Shown here: piece after piece, positions 19,606 to 30,137 of the stretch
Layout: every line of letters begins with the position of its first letter
How positions within the stretch are numbered: position 1 is the stretch's first letter
Translations under genes and position numbers: made by a program
The notes under the pieces: generated by a model
Database searches by the model: none
What the model was told of the DNA's origin: nothing
What the model saw: only the letters and a program-made list of their open reading frames with translations
Source: Patescibacteria group bacterium
Lineage (GTDB): Bacteria > Patescibacteriota > JABMPQ01
Assembly: GCA_018818965.1 (NCBI GenBank)
Contig: JAHJQX010000014.1
Location: forward strand, 6,178-70,177
Direction: 5' to 3'
Length of the DNA stretch: 64,000 nucleotides

Positions 19606-19902
19606 CAATATTAATTGCTGAGCTGAGAAGAACTTTGTAAATAAAGAAAATGTGACGATACTACTTAAGGTGTTGTTGGGATTCTAAAGCTAGGATAGTG
19701 TTCTTGCTCCTGCTTCTAGCGGGAACAAACCTCTTTCCCAGAGGAACACTGTGCTAATTTTGGTAGGGAATTGAACCTCTAACTCAGTTTCCATCATCTC
19801 GACAGCATTTTGGGTGGTATTTTTTATTTCCCCTTGCCTATTTTCTCAAACCACGTTATCATACCCCCAGACAAAAAAACTTTTGAAAGGAGACAATTTA
19901 TT

Positions 19903-21207
19903 ATGGCGCAGAGCACAAGCGCAACGAAGTCTGAGTCGGGAGACTTGGACAGTTTAGTTAACGAAAAAACGGAGGAAATTAAAGAGGAGGAGAAAGCTGC
20001 TTCCGATGAATTTGTCAAAGCGGTGGAAGCACAACCGATCCCCCAAATCGGTGATAAAATTAAAGGCAAGGTTTTAGATTTCAATAAAAATGAAGTCTAC
20101 GTAGATCTTGATAAATTTGGCGTGGGGGTAGTCCGCGGTCGAGAATTATGGGAGGCTCTTGATGTTTACCGTGAATTCAAAATTGGTGAGGAAGTAGAAG
20201 CAGAAATAGTCGAACTGGAAAATGAAAATGGCATGATGGAGCTTTCCTTCAAGAAAACCTCTAAAGAGCAAGCCTGGAAAGAACTTGATGAAAAGAGAGA
20301 GAAAGAAGAACTTATCACTGTCAAAGTTCAGGAAGCTAACAAAGGTGGTCTGCTGGCCAGCTTATGTGGTATCCCAGCCTTTTTACCCGTATCTCAACTG
20401 TCGTCGGAAAATTACCCACGAGTGGAAAATGGCGATTCAAGCAAGATTTTGTCCATGCTAAAAGACTTTATTGGTCGCAAGTTGAACGTTAAAATTATTA
20501 CGGTGGATCAGAAAGAAAACAAGCTGATTATTTCGGAAAAGAAAGTTGTGTTTGATGAGCAGAAGAAAAACATGAAAGGTTTGGAAGTGGGTAAAATAGT
20601 GACAGGAAAAGTTTCTGGCGTAGTTGACTTTGGTGCTTTTGTAAAATTTGATGGACTGGAAGGGTTGGTGCACATTTCAGAACTTTCTTGGCAACGTATT
20701 AATAATCCTGACGAGGTGGTCAAGGTAGACGAAGAAGTAAAAGCTGAAGTAATTGGTATTGATGATTCTAAAATTACTTTGAGCATCAAGAGACTACAAA
20801 AAGACCCCTGGGTCGAAGCAGTGAAACAATATAAGGTTGGACAGGAGATCGAAGGTGAGGTTATTAAGCTGGCGCCCTATGGAGCTTTTATTCAGCTGGA
20901 TAAGGATATTCATGGCCTAGCTCATATTTCTGAGTTATCCCAAGGAAAAGTGGCCAAGGTAGAAGAAATCTTGAATATCGGCGAAAAGAAAGAATTCCGA
21001 ATCTTATCTATTGATCCTGAGGAACATCGTTTAGGATTGAGTTTGAAAGGGGCGCGAGAAGAAACTAGTACCAAAAAAGAGGAAGATAAAAAAAGGCCTA
21101 AAAAAGCTGACGAAAAACCAGCTAAGAAAAAACCCGTCGAGAAAAAAGCCACCAAGAAAGAAAAGCCCAAGAAAAAAAAGAAGACGGAAGACAAAAAAGC
21201 CAAATAG
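19903..21207 (+). CDS. rpsA: 30S ribosomal protein S1 (short form) with Lys-rich C-terminal tail
   Basis: Tandem S1 domains (GKVSGVVDFGAFVKFDGLEGLVHISELS, GEVIKLAPYGAFIQLDKDIHGLAHISEL); AAAGGAG SD; C-terminal KK/EK low-complexity tail. Confidence 0.8.
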   Translation: MAQSTSATKSESGDLDSLVNEKTEEIKEEEKAASDEFVKAVEAQPIPQIGDKIKGKVLDFNKNEVYVDLDKFGVGVVRGRELWEALDVYREFKIGEEVEAEIVELENENGMMELSFKKTSKEQAWKELDEKREKEELITVKVQEANKGGLLASLCGIPAFLPVSQLSSENYPRVENGDSSKILSMLKDFIGRKLNVKIITVDQKENKLIISEKKVVFDEQKKNMKGLEVGKIVTGKVSGVVDFGAFVKFDGLEGLVHISELSWQRINNPDEVVKVDEEVKAEVIGIDDSKITLSIKRLQKDPWVEAVKQYKVGQEIEGEVIKLAPYGAFIQLDKDIHGLAHISELSQGKVAKVEEILNIGEKKEFRILSIDPEEHRLGLSLKGAREETSTKKEEDKKRPKKADEKPAKKKPVEKKATKKEKPKKKKKTEDKKAK

Positions 21208-21239
21208 ATTATTATAAAGTTTCCTTTCTTAATTCTATT

Positions 21240-22424
21240 ATGAAGGGTAATCTCGTAATTGGACAATCCGGCGGCCCGACAATGGTAATCAATGAATCAC
21301 TGGTAGGTGTTATCAAAGAAGCTAGTCGACACCAGCAGTTTCAGAGCATTTATGGTGCTCACCATGGCATTTTGGGTATGTTAGCTGGAGATTTTATTAA
21401 TCTTCGCCAACCATCGGACGAGAAAATAAAGCTGATCGCCAATACTCCCTCCTCTGCTCTGGGCACCTGTCGATATAAACCAGATGAGAAAGATTGTAAA
21501 AAAGTATTTGAGGTGTTTACCAAACACAATATCAAGTACTTTTTTTATATCGGTGGTAATGATACGGCCGAGACATGCCACATTATTAACGAGATTGCTA
21601 AAAAAGAAAACTACGAACTGCGTATCTTCCATATTCCCAAGACAATCGATAATGACTTATTGGTAAATGACTTTTGTCCGGGCTATCCTAGTGCTGCCCG
21701 CTACGTGGTGATGTCTTTTATAGGTAATGACCTGGACAACCAGGCTATTCCGGGGGTAAAGATCGACATTGTGATGGGGCGTCATGCTGGCTGGCTCACC
21801 GCTGCGGCTGCTCTAGCTCGGCGCTCAAAAAATGATGGTCCCCACTTGATTTATTTACCGGAAAGACCAATTACGATTAAAAAGTTTGTTAAAGATATCG
21901 ACGATATGTACGCTCGCCATGGACGATGTTTGGTAGCGGCTTCTGAAGGTATTTCAGGATCAGATGGCAAACCCCTGGTTGAGTCTTTAGCGAGCAAACG
22001 AGATTCCCACGGTAATATTCATCTTTCAGGGTCAGGTGCTCTGGGAGATTTGCTAGTTAGTTACGTGGAGAAACACACTCGACATAAAGATATGCGAGTG
22101 CGTACGGACACCCTTGGCTATGCCCAGCGTAGTTTTCCAGGAGTGGCTAGCGAAATTGACAAGCGAGTGGCTAGGATGGTTGGTAAAGAGGCTGTTGGCT
22201 ACGCTCTCAAGGGTGATATTGATGGTAGTGTAGCTATTAGCCGTCTCAATAAGCAGGGTAAGCCAGTTTTTGAAACCGACTTAGTAGAATTGCGTCGGGT
22301 AGCCCGTGATGCCAAGGAAGTGCCAAGTAAATTTATTAGCAAAAGTGGCAATAATGTTACTAGAAGTTTTGTTGATTATCTCCAGCCGCTAGTAGGGGAT
22401 TTGCCCGAGATAGGAACTTTTTAG
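21240..22424 (+). CDS. pfk: 6-phosphofructokinase (PFK family A, possibly PPi-dependent)
   Basis: GGPTMVINESL, IGGNDT and PKTIDND motifs; MGRHAGW. Confidence 0.75.
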   Translation: MKGNLVIGQSGGPTMVINESLVGVIKEASRHQQFQSIYGAHHGILGMLAGDFINLRQPSDEKIKLIANTPSSALGTCRYKPDEKDCKKVFEVFTKHNIKYFFYIGGNDTAETCHIINEIAKKENYELRIFHIPKTIDNDLLVNDFCPGYPSAARYVVMSFIGNDLDNQAIPGVKIDIVMGRHAGWLTAAAALARRSKNDGPHLIYLPERPITIKKFVKDIDDMYARHGRCLVAASEGISGSDGKPLVESLASKRDSHGNIHLSGSGALGDLLVSYVEKHTRHKDMRVRTDTLGYAQRSFPGVASEIDKRVARMVGKEAVGYALKGDIDGSVAISRLNKQGKPVFETDLVELRRVARDAKEVPSKFISKSGNNVTRSFVDYLQPLVGDLPEIGTF

Positions 22425-22520
22425 GTGATAGGTAATGGGTTTTAGGTGTTAGGATTTCTATAAGTATTTTCTAGATAGTCCCTACGCCTAGTATCTAATA
22501 CCTATAACCTAATTAAACAA

Positions 22521-23543
22521 ATGTCTAAAAAATTAAATGTAGCTGTCAATGGTCTCGGTCGGATTGGTCGAACGTTTCTTCGTCAGATTATTAATGAGCC
22601 AAGTATTAATCTAGTGGCCGCCAATAGTCGTTCACCGATTGAGACTTATGCTCACCTAATCAAGTATGATTCCCTCTATGGTCCAGCCAAGGAAGAGGTT
22701 AAAATCGATGGCGATAATATCGTTTTCAACGGCACCAGTTTTAAAATGTTGCATATCGATGATCCAGCTAAAATGCCTTGGAGGGAAATGGATATTGATT
22801 TAGTGATTGAGTCTACTGGTGTTTTTCGAACTAAGGAAGACAGTGAGAAGCACCTGGCAGCTGGTGCCAAACGGGTATTGATTTCCGCTCCCGCCAAGGG
22901 AGATGACGTGGTGACGCTGATTCCAGGGGTGAATGGAAGCGATTATAAGCCAGCTGAGCATAAAATTATTTCGGCTGCTTCTTGTACGACTACCTGTTTG
23001 GCGCCTATTTGTAAGGTGTTAGAAAAAGAGTATGGCATCAAGCGTGGTTTTATGACCACTATTCATGCCTACACCAATGATCAGAATTTGCACGATGCGC
23101 CACATAAGAGTGAAGATTTGCGTCGGTCACGCGCAGCAGCAGAGTCGATTATCCCTACTACCACTGGCGCCAGTGAAGCAGTGGCTATGGTGTTGCCGAG
23201 TGTGGAGGGAAAGCTAAAAGGTATATCGCTACGAGTTCCTACCCCGACTGTTTCTACCGTGGATTTAGTCTGTGAATTAGAGAAGAGCGTGGGTAGCGCT
23301 GATGATCTTAATAATAAATTCAGAGAAGCAGCCAGTGGCGAAATGAAAGACGTGTTAGCGGTAAGCGATGAACCACTAGTTTCGATTGATTATCGAGGTA
23401 GTTCAGCGGCGTCGTCGATTGATGCTCTATCTACCGATGTAATAGGTGACAATATGGTGAAAATAATTGCTTGGTATGATAATGAGTGGGGCTATGTTAG
23501 TAGCATGGTACGGTTGGTGAAATATATGGCCGAGCAAGAGTAG
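22521..23543 (+). CDS. gap: Glyceraldehyde-3-phosphate dehydrogenase
   Basis: NGLGRIGR NAD-binding motif and ASCTTTCLAP active-site Cys signature. Confidence 0.9.
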   Translation: MSKKLNVAVNGLGRIGRTFLRQIINEPSINLVAANSRSPIETYAHLIKYDSLYGPAKEEVKIDGDNIVFNGTSFKMLHIDDPAKMPWREMDIDLVIESTGVFRTKEDSEKHLAAGAKRVLISAPAKGDDVVTLIPGVNGSDYKPAEHKIISAASCTTTCLAPICKVLEKEYGIKRGFMTTIHAYTNDQNLHDAPHKSEDLRRSRAAAESIIPTTTGASEAVAMVLPSVEGKLKGISLRVPTPTVSTVDLVCELEKSVGSADDLNNKFREAASGEMKDVLAVSDEPLVSIDYRGSSAASSIDALSTDVIGDNMVKIIAWYDNEWGYVSSMVRLVKYMAEQE

Positions 23544-23649
23544 GTTTCTATCGGCAAATATATTGAAAGAGCTGTCGGAGAAGGCAGCTCTTTATTTTTC
23601 TTGAGATAAATAGTAAATAGCGCTATAATCACCCCGCAATAAATCACTT

Positions 23650-24615
23650 ATGCTCACGACTAAAGCCCGAAATACAATTGCAGAGCATGAATTAATCAAT
23701 TCAAGCGACAAAATCATCATCGGCGTCTCCGGCGGACCGGATTCGGTCTGTTTGTTGCACTTTTTGAACGAAATCCAGGCAGAATTTAACCTCAAATTGA
23801 CCGTCGCTCATGTTAATTATGGTTTGCGTGGCGAAGAATCGGATCAAGACGAAATTTTCGTGAAAAAATTAGCAGAAAAATACAATTTGCCCTACAAAAT
23901 TTCACATCCTGAACCCAGCACTGATGAATCTACTAACCTCGAAGCTAATCTCCGCGACATTCGTTATAAATATTTTAACGACCTCTTAAAAAAAGAAAAA
24001 ACGGACAAAATTGCAGTTGCCCATAACCGCGACGACCAAGCGGAAACGATTTTGATGTTTTTCCTCCGTGGTTCTGGCCTAAAAGGCTTGTCTGGTATGG
24101 ATTATCAACAGGGCAAGATCATTCGTCCCCTGCTAGATTGTTCACGCCAGGACATTTTAGCTTATTTAAAGGTAAACAAGCTGGATTACCGGGAGGATAA
24201 GACGAATCAAGATACTAAATATACTCGTAATAAAATCAGGCACGAATTAATTCCATATCTGGAAAAAGAGTTTAACCCGAACCTACGGGAAACTTTAACT
24301 CAAGCTAGCTGTGTTATCAAAAATGAACATTCTCTCGTTTCAAAAATAGTTGAAGAAACTTATCAGTCTTTGGTCAACGAGAATGGCAATGAGACGAACT
24401 TGTCGTTAGAAGACTTTCTCAAGCTAGACAAAGCTTTACAACGAGGTATTTTACGTCATATTTTCACCAAAATGTTAGGTAATACTAGAGATATTAGCGT
24501 TCTTGATATCGAAGAGACACTCCGCGTACTAAAAAAAGCTCGACCCGGTAGCCACCGCTCCGTAAAAGGCTTGCGAATTGCCAAAAAGGATGGCAAGATT
24601 ATTGTAACCAGGTAG
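23650..24615 (+). CDS. tilS: tRNA(Ile)-lysidine synthetase
   Basis: PP-loop SGGPDS in IIIGVSGGPDSVCLL; TilS length and C-terminal domain. Confidence 0.8.
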   Translation: MLTTKARNTIAEHELINSSDKIIIGVSGGPDSVCLLHFLNEIQAEFNLKLTVAHVNYGLRGEESDQDEIFVKKLAEKYNLPYKISHPEPSTDESTNLEANLRDIRYKYFNDLLKKEKTDKIAVAHNRDDQAETILMFFLRGSGLKGLSGMDYQQGKIIRPLLDCSRQDILAYLKVNKLDYREDKTNQDTKYTRNKIRHELIPYLEKEFNPNLRETLTQASCVIKNEHSLVSKIVEETYQSLVNENGNETNLSLEDFLKLDKALQRGILRHIFTKMLGNTRDISVLDIEETLRVLKKARPGSHRSVKGLRIAKKDGKIIVTR

Positions 24616-24722
24616 TAGGTTTATGGTTGGTAGGACTGTTATAAATTATTTTTAAATAGTTTATACAACCTGCCCGCCAGCAAACAAGCCTACTCGCTAC
24701 TACTCATAACCTAATTCATCCC

Positions 24723-26537
24723 ATGAATTCATTTATAAAAAATATCCTAATCGCTTTCGTTGTCTTCCTGACTATCGCCAGTATTTTTGCGATGTATAAA
24801 ACTCCTCTAACTGAACCAGAGGAGATGTCTTTAGATAAACTGGTGGCACAGATCAACGGGGAAGAGGTAGAGAAAATAGAGATACAAGGCGAGGAAGTGA
24901 AAGTGAAAATCAAAGACGACAACAAAGAAAAGAAAGTTAAAAAAGAGAAAGAAAGTCCGCTGGGTGAAACTTTACAAAATTACGGTGTAGAATCGGATAA
25001 ATTGGCCAAGGTAGAAGTAAAAATAGTAGACGAATCTGGGTTTTCCTACTGGGTAGGGGCGTTGTTACCATTCCTTTTACCCTTCGGTTTGATCGCAATA
25101 TTTATTTATTTTATGGCTCGTTCGGTTCAAAAGGGGAACAATCGAGCAATGATGTTTGGCCAAAGCCAGGCTAAGAAGTTTGAAGGTAAAGATGAAAGCA
25201 AAACTTCTTTCAAGGATGTGGCTGGTGTCAAAGAAGCCAAGGAAGAGTTATTTGAGGTAGTAGAATTCCTAAAAACCCCTAAAAAGTTTACCGATCTGGG
25301 CGCCGAAATTCCTAAGGGAGTGTTGCTTGTTGGACCTCCTGGTACAGGTAAAACTTTGATGGCGCGAGCGGTGGCTGGTGAAGCCAAAGTGCCATTTTTT
25401 CATATTTCTGGCTCCGAGTTTGTCGAGATGTTTGTTGGTGTAGGAGCTTCGCGCGTCCGAGATCTCTTTAATAAAGCCAAAAAATCCGCTCCCGCTATTT
25501 TGTTTATTGATGAGATAGACGCTGTCGGACGTCAGAGAGGCGCCGGTCTGGGTGGCAGTCACGATGAACGGGAACAAACTCTCAATCAAATTCTCACCGA
25601 GATGGATGGTTTTGAACAAGGCACAAATGTGATCGTGATAGCGGCTACCAACCGGCCCGACGTGCTTGACCCGGCTCTGCTGCGTCCGGGACGGTTTGAT
25701 CGACGAGTAACTTTGGACTTACCTGATATAAAAGATCGCGAAGAACTACTTAAAATTTACGCGCGGGGCAAAAAGCTAGTTCAGAATGTTAATCTGAAAA
25801 AAGTGGCGCAGAGAACCCCTGGTTTTTCGGGCGCTGATATTAAAAACTTAATGAACGAAGCAGCTATCCTGGCTGCTCGCCGCGACAAAAAAACTGTAGG
25901 GGAAAAAGAAGTGCTCGAAGCAATCGAAAAAGTAATGTTAGGACCAGAACGCAAGAGTTTTGTTTTATCAGAGCAGGAGAAGGGAATTGCTGCTTACCAT
26001 GAAGCTGGACACGCTTTAGTGTCTCACTTGTTACCGCACACCGATCCAGTCCATAAAATTTCGATCATCTCTCGTGGTCAAGCAGCCGGCTATACTTTGA
26101 AATTGCCGGAGAAAGAAAAACACTTCCACGCTAAACAAGAATTTATTGAAGATCTGTCAGTATTACTGGGTGGTTACGTGGCCGAGAAGATTGTCTTCGG
26201 CGATGTTACCACGGGGGCTACCTCTGATCTACGGGAAGTCACAAAACTATCGCGTAAACTAGTAACGGAATATGGTATGTCTGATAAATTAGGTCCGATG
26301 ACTTTTGGCCAAAAGGACGAGATGGTTTTTCTGGGACGGGATATCGCTGAGCAACGAGATTATAGCGAAGAAGTGGCCTCCGAAATAGATAAAGAAATCC
26401 GTAGTTTCGTTGATTCGGCTCACGATCGTGCCCGCCAGATTTTAGATGGTAATCGGGAGAAATTAGAACTAGTGGCCAAAGAGCTGATAGATAAAGAGAC
26501 TTTGGAGCGGGAAGATTTTGAAAAGTTAGTGGGATAA
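24723..26537 (+). CDS. ftsH: ATP-dependent zinc metalloprotease FtsH
   Basis: Two N-terminal TM helices, AAA module GPPGTGKT...DEID, SRH region, HEAGHAL zinc-binding motif. Confidence 0.9.
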   Translation: MNSFIKNILIAFVVFLTIASIFAMYKTPLTEPEEMSLDKLVAQINGEEVEKIEIQGEEVKVKIKDDNKEKKVKKEKESPLGETLQNYGVESDKLAKVEVKIVDESGFSYWVGALLPFLLPFGLIAIFIYFMARSVQKGNNRAMMFGQSQAKKFEGKDESKTSFKDVAGVKEAKEELFEVVEFLKTPKKFTDLGAEIPKGVLLVGPPGTGKTLMARAVAGEAKVPFFHISGSEFVEMFVGVGASRVRDLFNKAKKSAPAILFIDEIDAVGRQRGAGLGGSHDEREQTLNQILTEMDGFEQGTNVIVIAATNRPDVLDPALLRPGRFDRRVTLDLPDIKDREELLKIYARGKKLVQNVNLKKVAQRTPGFSGADIKNLMNEAAILAARRDKKTVGEKEVLEAIEKVMLGPERKSFVLSEQEKGIAAYHEAGHALVSHLLPHTDPVHKISIISRGQAAGYTLKLPEKEKHFHAKQEFIEDLSVLLGGYVAEKIVFGDVTTGATSDLREVTKLSRKLVTEYGMSDKLGPMTFGQKDEMVFLGRDIAEQRDYSEEVASEIDKEIRSFVDSAHDRARQILDGNREKLELVAKELIDKETLEREDFEKLVG

Positions 26538-26630
26538 ATTGTAGGTGATGGGTCTTGGGTATTAGGGCTATCTAAGGAATGTTTTAAGTTGTCCCTAACA
26601 CCTGTAACTTATAACCTAACATCTAAAAAT

Positions 26631-27527
26631 ATGGATTACTTTGGTATTATCAAAAGAGCGGCAAAAATTACTTGGCAAGCTAAGTATCTTTGGATATTTG
26701 GTTTGTTGGCAGGTTTTGGTGGGAGCAGTTTTAATTATAATCCTTCTTCTAGCTGGCAGGACAATGGTTCAAATAGTTCAAGTGGTGAACAGGCGATGAA
26801 TGAAATCAAGAACTTTTTAACTGATAATTGGATTTGGATTGTGATAGTGGTGTTAGCTTTGTTGGTGATCGGTCTAATTTTCTTTGTCCTAAGTGTGATT
26901 GCGCGTGGAGCTCTAGTCCACTGCGTTGATCGAATTGACGGTGGTAAGCCGACCAGCTTTAAGGATGGATTCCGAATCGGAGCCAAAAAGTTTTTACCGA
27001 TGTTGGCTTCTAATTTAGCCATGATATTCATTTTGTTGGGTACCCTAGTTGTCTTAGGAGTTCCAGTTGGCCTGTTGTTTTATTACCAAATGACACTGCG
27101 CGCTATTCTGTTACTTTTGTTCGCCTTAGTTATTTATATTCCCCTGGGCTTTGTTGTTTCTTTTATTGCCATCTGGAGTTGGCAATACATCGTAATCAAG
27201 AACATGAAGGTGGTAGAATCTTGGCGCGCTGGTTTACTTTTGTTTAAAAACAATCTAGGTGCCAGCTTGATTATGTGGCTTTTACTGTTTGTGGTTGGTT
27301 TGGTAACCGGCATCGCTTTCTTGATCATAGTGCTAGTTGTTGCTATTCCTTTTGTACTGCTAGGTGTTCTCGCTTATGCAGTTGTTCAATGGATGGGAGT
27401 AGCGGTAGTAGCGGCTGCTGGCGTGATGTTTTTATTCTTGTTGTCATTGCTATATGGCGCTGTCTTGTCCACCTTCCAGTCAGCCGTCTGGACATTAATG
27501 TTTCGGGAAATTGAGCAAAAAAAGTAA
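26631..27527 (+). CDS. Polytopic membrane protein, hypothetical (start taken at MDYFGII...)
   Basis: 6-7 predicted TM helices; no catalytic motif recognised. Confidence 0.45.
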   Translation: MDYFGIIKRAAKITWQAKYLWIFGLLAGFGGSSFNYNPSSSWQDNGSNSSSGEQAMNEIKNFLTDNWIWIVIVVLALLVIGLIFFVLSVIARGALVHCVDRIDGGKPTSFKDGFRIGAKKFLPMLASNLAMIFILLGTLVVLGVPVGLLFYYQMTLRAILLLLFALVIYIPLGFVVSFIAIWSWQYIVIKNMKVVESWRAGLLLFKNNLGASLIMWLLLFVVGLVTGIAFLIIVLVVAIPFVLLGVLAYAVVQWMGVAVVAAAGVMFLFLLSLLYGAVLSTFQSAVWTLMFREIEQKK

Positions 27528-28319
27528 ATGAAAATTCTTTTCTTCGGTGATATCGTCGGTAAAGCTGGACGTGAAGCGGTAAAGAAGGTTTTACCTGCTT
27601 GGCGAGAAAAGCATGAACCTGATTTTGTGTTGGCTAACGGGGAGAATTTAGCGCATGGGGCGGGGATAACTGAGAAAACGATCCAAGAAATGACGGAGGT
27701 CGGCATTGATGCTTTCACTTCCGGCAATCACATCTTTCAAAACAAGCAGGGGATTGATGTTTTGAATAATAAAAAAGCCGATATTGTCCGACCAGCTAAT
27801 TATCCACCGGGAGCACCAGGGGTAGGATGGAAAATTTTTCCGGTACGGACGAAGAAGTTATTACTGGTTAATCTAATCGGGCGGGTATTTTTCAAAGACG
27901 ATTACGATTGCCCTTTTCGAGTAATGGATGATGTTTTAGAAAAAACAAAATTAGAAAAACCAGACGTTATTTTTGTTGATATGCACATGGAGGCTACTAG
28001 CGAGGCTAAAGCTCTCGGTTTTTATCTTGACGGACGAGTAAGTGCTGTTGTGGGGACTCATACACATGTTCCGACGGCTGATGAGCGAGTTCTGCCGGGC
28101 GGAACAGCCTATATTACTGATGTGGGGATGGCCGGACCACAGGATTCAGTCATTGGAGCGAAAAAAGAAGCAGTGCTGGAGCAATTTTTGACTCAGTTGC
28201 CGTTTAAATATGACGTTGAGGAGGAGGGACTATGTGAAGTTAACGGGGTGGTAGTGGAAATTGGTTCGGACGGGAAGGCGGAGAAAATTGAGCGGGTTTA
28301 TGAAGAAGTGGAGATGTAA
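27528..28319 (+). CDS. YmdB-family metallophosphoesterase (2',3'-cyclic-nucleotide phosphodiesterase-like, TIGR00282)
   Basis: MKILFFGDIVGKAGRE...LANGENLAHGAGIT...GNH metallophosphatase motifs in YmdB arrangement. Confidence 0.65.
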   Translation: MKILFFGDIVGKAGREAVKKVLPAWREKHEPDFVLANGENLAHGAGITEKTIQEMTEVGIDAFTSGNHIFQNKQGIDVLNNKKADIVRPANYPPGAPGVGWKIFPVRTKKLLLVNLIGRVFFKDDYDCPFRVMDDVLEKTKLEKPDVIFVDMHMEATSEAKALGFYLDGRVSAVVGTHTHVPTADERVLPGGTAYITDVGMAGPQDSVIGAKKEAVLEQFLTQLPFKYDVEEEGLCEVNGVVVEIGSDGKAEKIERVYEEVEM

Positions 28320-28379
28320 ATAGTCAGTAAGTTGTAGGTGGCCAACCTTCTCACTGCTACCTAATACCTAGTTAGAACT

Positions 28380-29483
28380 ATGAAAAGCCAACCAAAAGAA
28401 GTTTCCGAGTTACGCAAAAATCCTGTTTCTGATTCCTGGGTGGTGATTGCCACTGGTCGGGCTAAGCGACCGCAGGCCTACAAAGTAAAACGGGCTCAAT
28501 TTCAGCAGCCTCGCCGTCAGTGCCCTTTTTGTAATTTGGAGAAGAGCGGTATCAAGGATCCAGCCAAAATATATCCGCTCAACGTTAAAACCAAATATGC
28601 CCGACAGCTGAAACGAGTAGGCGACCACCAAAGATGGGGCGATCAGATTTGGAGTTTGATTGTAGTGCCGAACAAATTTCCTTCCTTTGTGCCGGGCGGA
28701 GCACCGCGTCAAAAGAAAATTGGCCACCATACTGTGATGCCAGGTCGGGGTTACCATGAAGTGTTAATCACGGCTTCTCACGATAAGCATTTTGGACGTT
28801 TACCAGTGGAGAAGTTAGAAGAAGTGATGAAAGCTTATCAAGAACGCTATCTAGCTTTGCGCGACCGGAAATATGTTACTTACATTTCAATTATTCATAA
28901 TCATGGACCAGAAGCGGGAGCGTCGTTAACCCACCCCCACTCGCAGATTTTTGCTATCTCGGTTTTGCCACGTGATATTAAAAGTTCTCTGCGTGGTTCA
29001 GCTCGATATTTAAAAAAATACGGCACTTGTGTTCATTGTGAGATGGTTAATTGGGAGAGAAAACAAAAAACACGGGTAGTTTACGAAAATGATGACTATG
29101 TTGCGCTATGTCCCTTCGGCTCCAGCGTAGCCTTTGAAATCCGGATTTATCCCAAAAAACATCTATCATACTTTGAAGAAATTACACCCAGACAAAGGGA
29201 AAATCTCGCCCAAAGTTTTAAACAAGTTCTATCACGTTTAGATAAAGCTTTAAATAATTCACCATATAATTTTTTCTTGCATACGGCTCCTTGTGATGTT
29301 TGTAGTTCGAAGGGTAAGTCTCGTGGTCAGAAATCGGCTAAAAAATATAGCCACTACCACTGGCATTTTGAAATTATGCCTAAAATCTCTACTTGGGCTG
29401 GCTTTGAACTCTCCACTGGTTTGGAAATCAGTACGGTTGATCCCGATCAAGCGGCGGAGATGTTGAAGAAAGTGAAAATATAA
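28380..29483 (+). CDS. Galactose-1-phosphate uridylyltransferase-family (HIT-like, GalT class I) nucleotidyltransferase
   Basis: CPFC zinc motif near N-terminus and HPHSQ (H-x-H-x-Q) active-site motif. Confidence 0.55.
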   Translation: MKSQPKEVSELRKNPVSDSWVVIATGRAKRPQAYKVKRAQFQQPRRQCPFCNLEKSGIKDPAKIYPLNVKTKYARQLKRVGDHQRWGDQIWSLIVVPNKFPSFVPGGAPRQKKIGHHTVMPGRGYHEVLITASHDKHFGRLPVEKLEEVMKAYQERYLALRDRKYVTYISIIHNHGPEAGASLTHPHSQIFAISVLPRDIKSSLRGSARYLKKYGTCVHCEMVNWERKQKTRVVYENDDYVALCPFGSSVAFEIRIYPKKHLSYFEEITPRQRENLAQSFKQVLSRLDKALNNSPYNFFLHTAPCDVCSSKGKSRGQKSAKKYSHYHWHFEIMPKISTWAGFELSTGLEISTVDPDQAAEMLKKVKI

Positions 29484-29502
29484 GGATCCCCCGGTGAAAA
29501 TA

Positions 29503-29528
29503 AAAACCCCGCATGAAGCGGGGTTTTA
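29503..29528. terminator. Bidirectional intrinsic terminator (CCCCGC-atgaa-GCGGGG + T4, A-run upstream)
   Basis: Perfect 6-bp GC stem between convergent genes. Confidence 0.75.
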
Positions 29529-29546
29529 TGATAGTTTTAAATATTT

Positions 29547-30002
29547 CTAGGCTGCTCGCACTTCAATTTTTGTCGTTCGCGATTTCTTTGCCTTTGGTAG
29601 CTTAACTGTCAGAATTCCATTTTTCAGTTCGGCTTCGATCTTATCTGCTTCGATATCAACTGGCAAAATAACTGAACGGGAAAACGATCCCCAATAACAT
29701 TCTTGATAATAATAATTGTCTTTTTTTACTTCTTGCGTACTTTTTCTCTCTCCCTTGATCGTTACCATATCGTTGTCGACGGTGACACTAATATCCTCTG
29801 GTAAAACGCCAGCGATAGTTGATTTAATGACAATATTATCAGGAGTTTGATAGACATCAATTGCTAACTGCCCCTCGTATCCTGAAGACCAATCTTCTGA
29901 TTGTTGATCGTCAGCTTCTGTTGGTCTGCTTTCCGGGGCAGCCGTTTCAGTTTTTATTGGTTGCTCTTTTTTATCTGATTTTTTCAATAAATTTTTAAAC
30001 AT
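29547..30002 (-). CDS. Hsp20/alpha-crystallin-family small heat-shock protein
   Basis: ACD-domain pattern (ISVTVDNDMVTIKGER...GILTVKLPK). Confidence 0.8.
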   Translation of the reverse strand: MFKNLLKKSDKKEQPIKTETAAPESRPTEADDQQSEDWSSGYEGQLAIDVYQTPDNIVIKSTIAGVLPEDISVTVDNDMVTIKGERKSTQEVKKDNYYYQECYWGSFSRSVILPVDIEADKIEAELKNGILTVKLPKAKKSRTTKIEVRAA

Positions 30003-30137
30003 GTTTATTTTAGGTTATTCCTTAGGCGCCTTCATCTATTATATAACAATTTTAATATATGACAACCCCCGGCTGTAATTGCGTTTAATCTTCGGGGAGC
30101 TCTTATTTATGCGCTTTGTAGGGCCCACGTCTAATTT

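Noticed and set aside
19765-19795. tRNA-like T-loop sequence GGTTCAATTCC on the minus strand upstream of rpsA
   Set aside because: No complementary T-stem, acceptor or anticodon arms could be built around it; isolated motif only.
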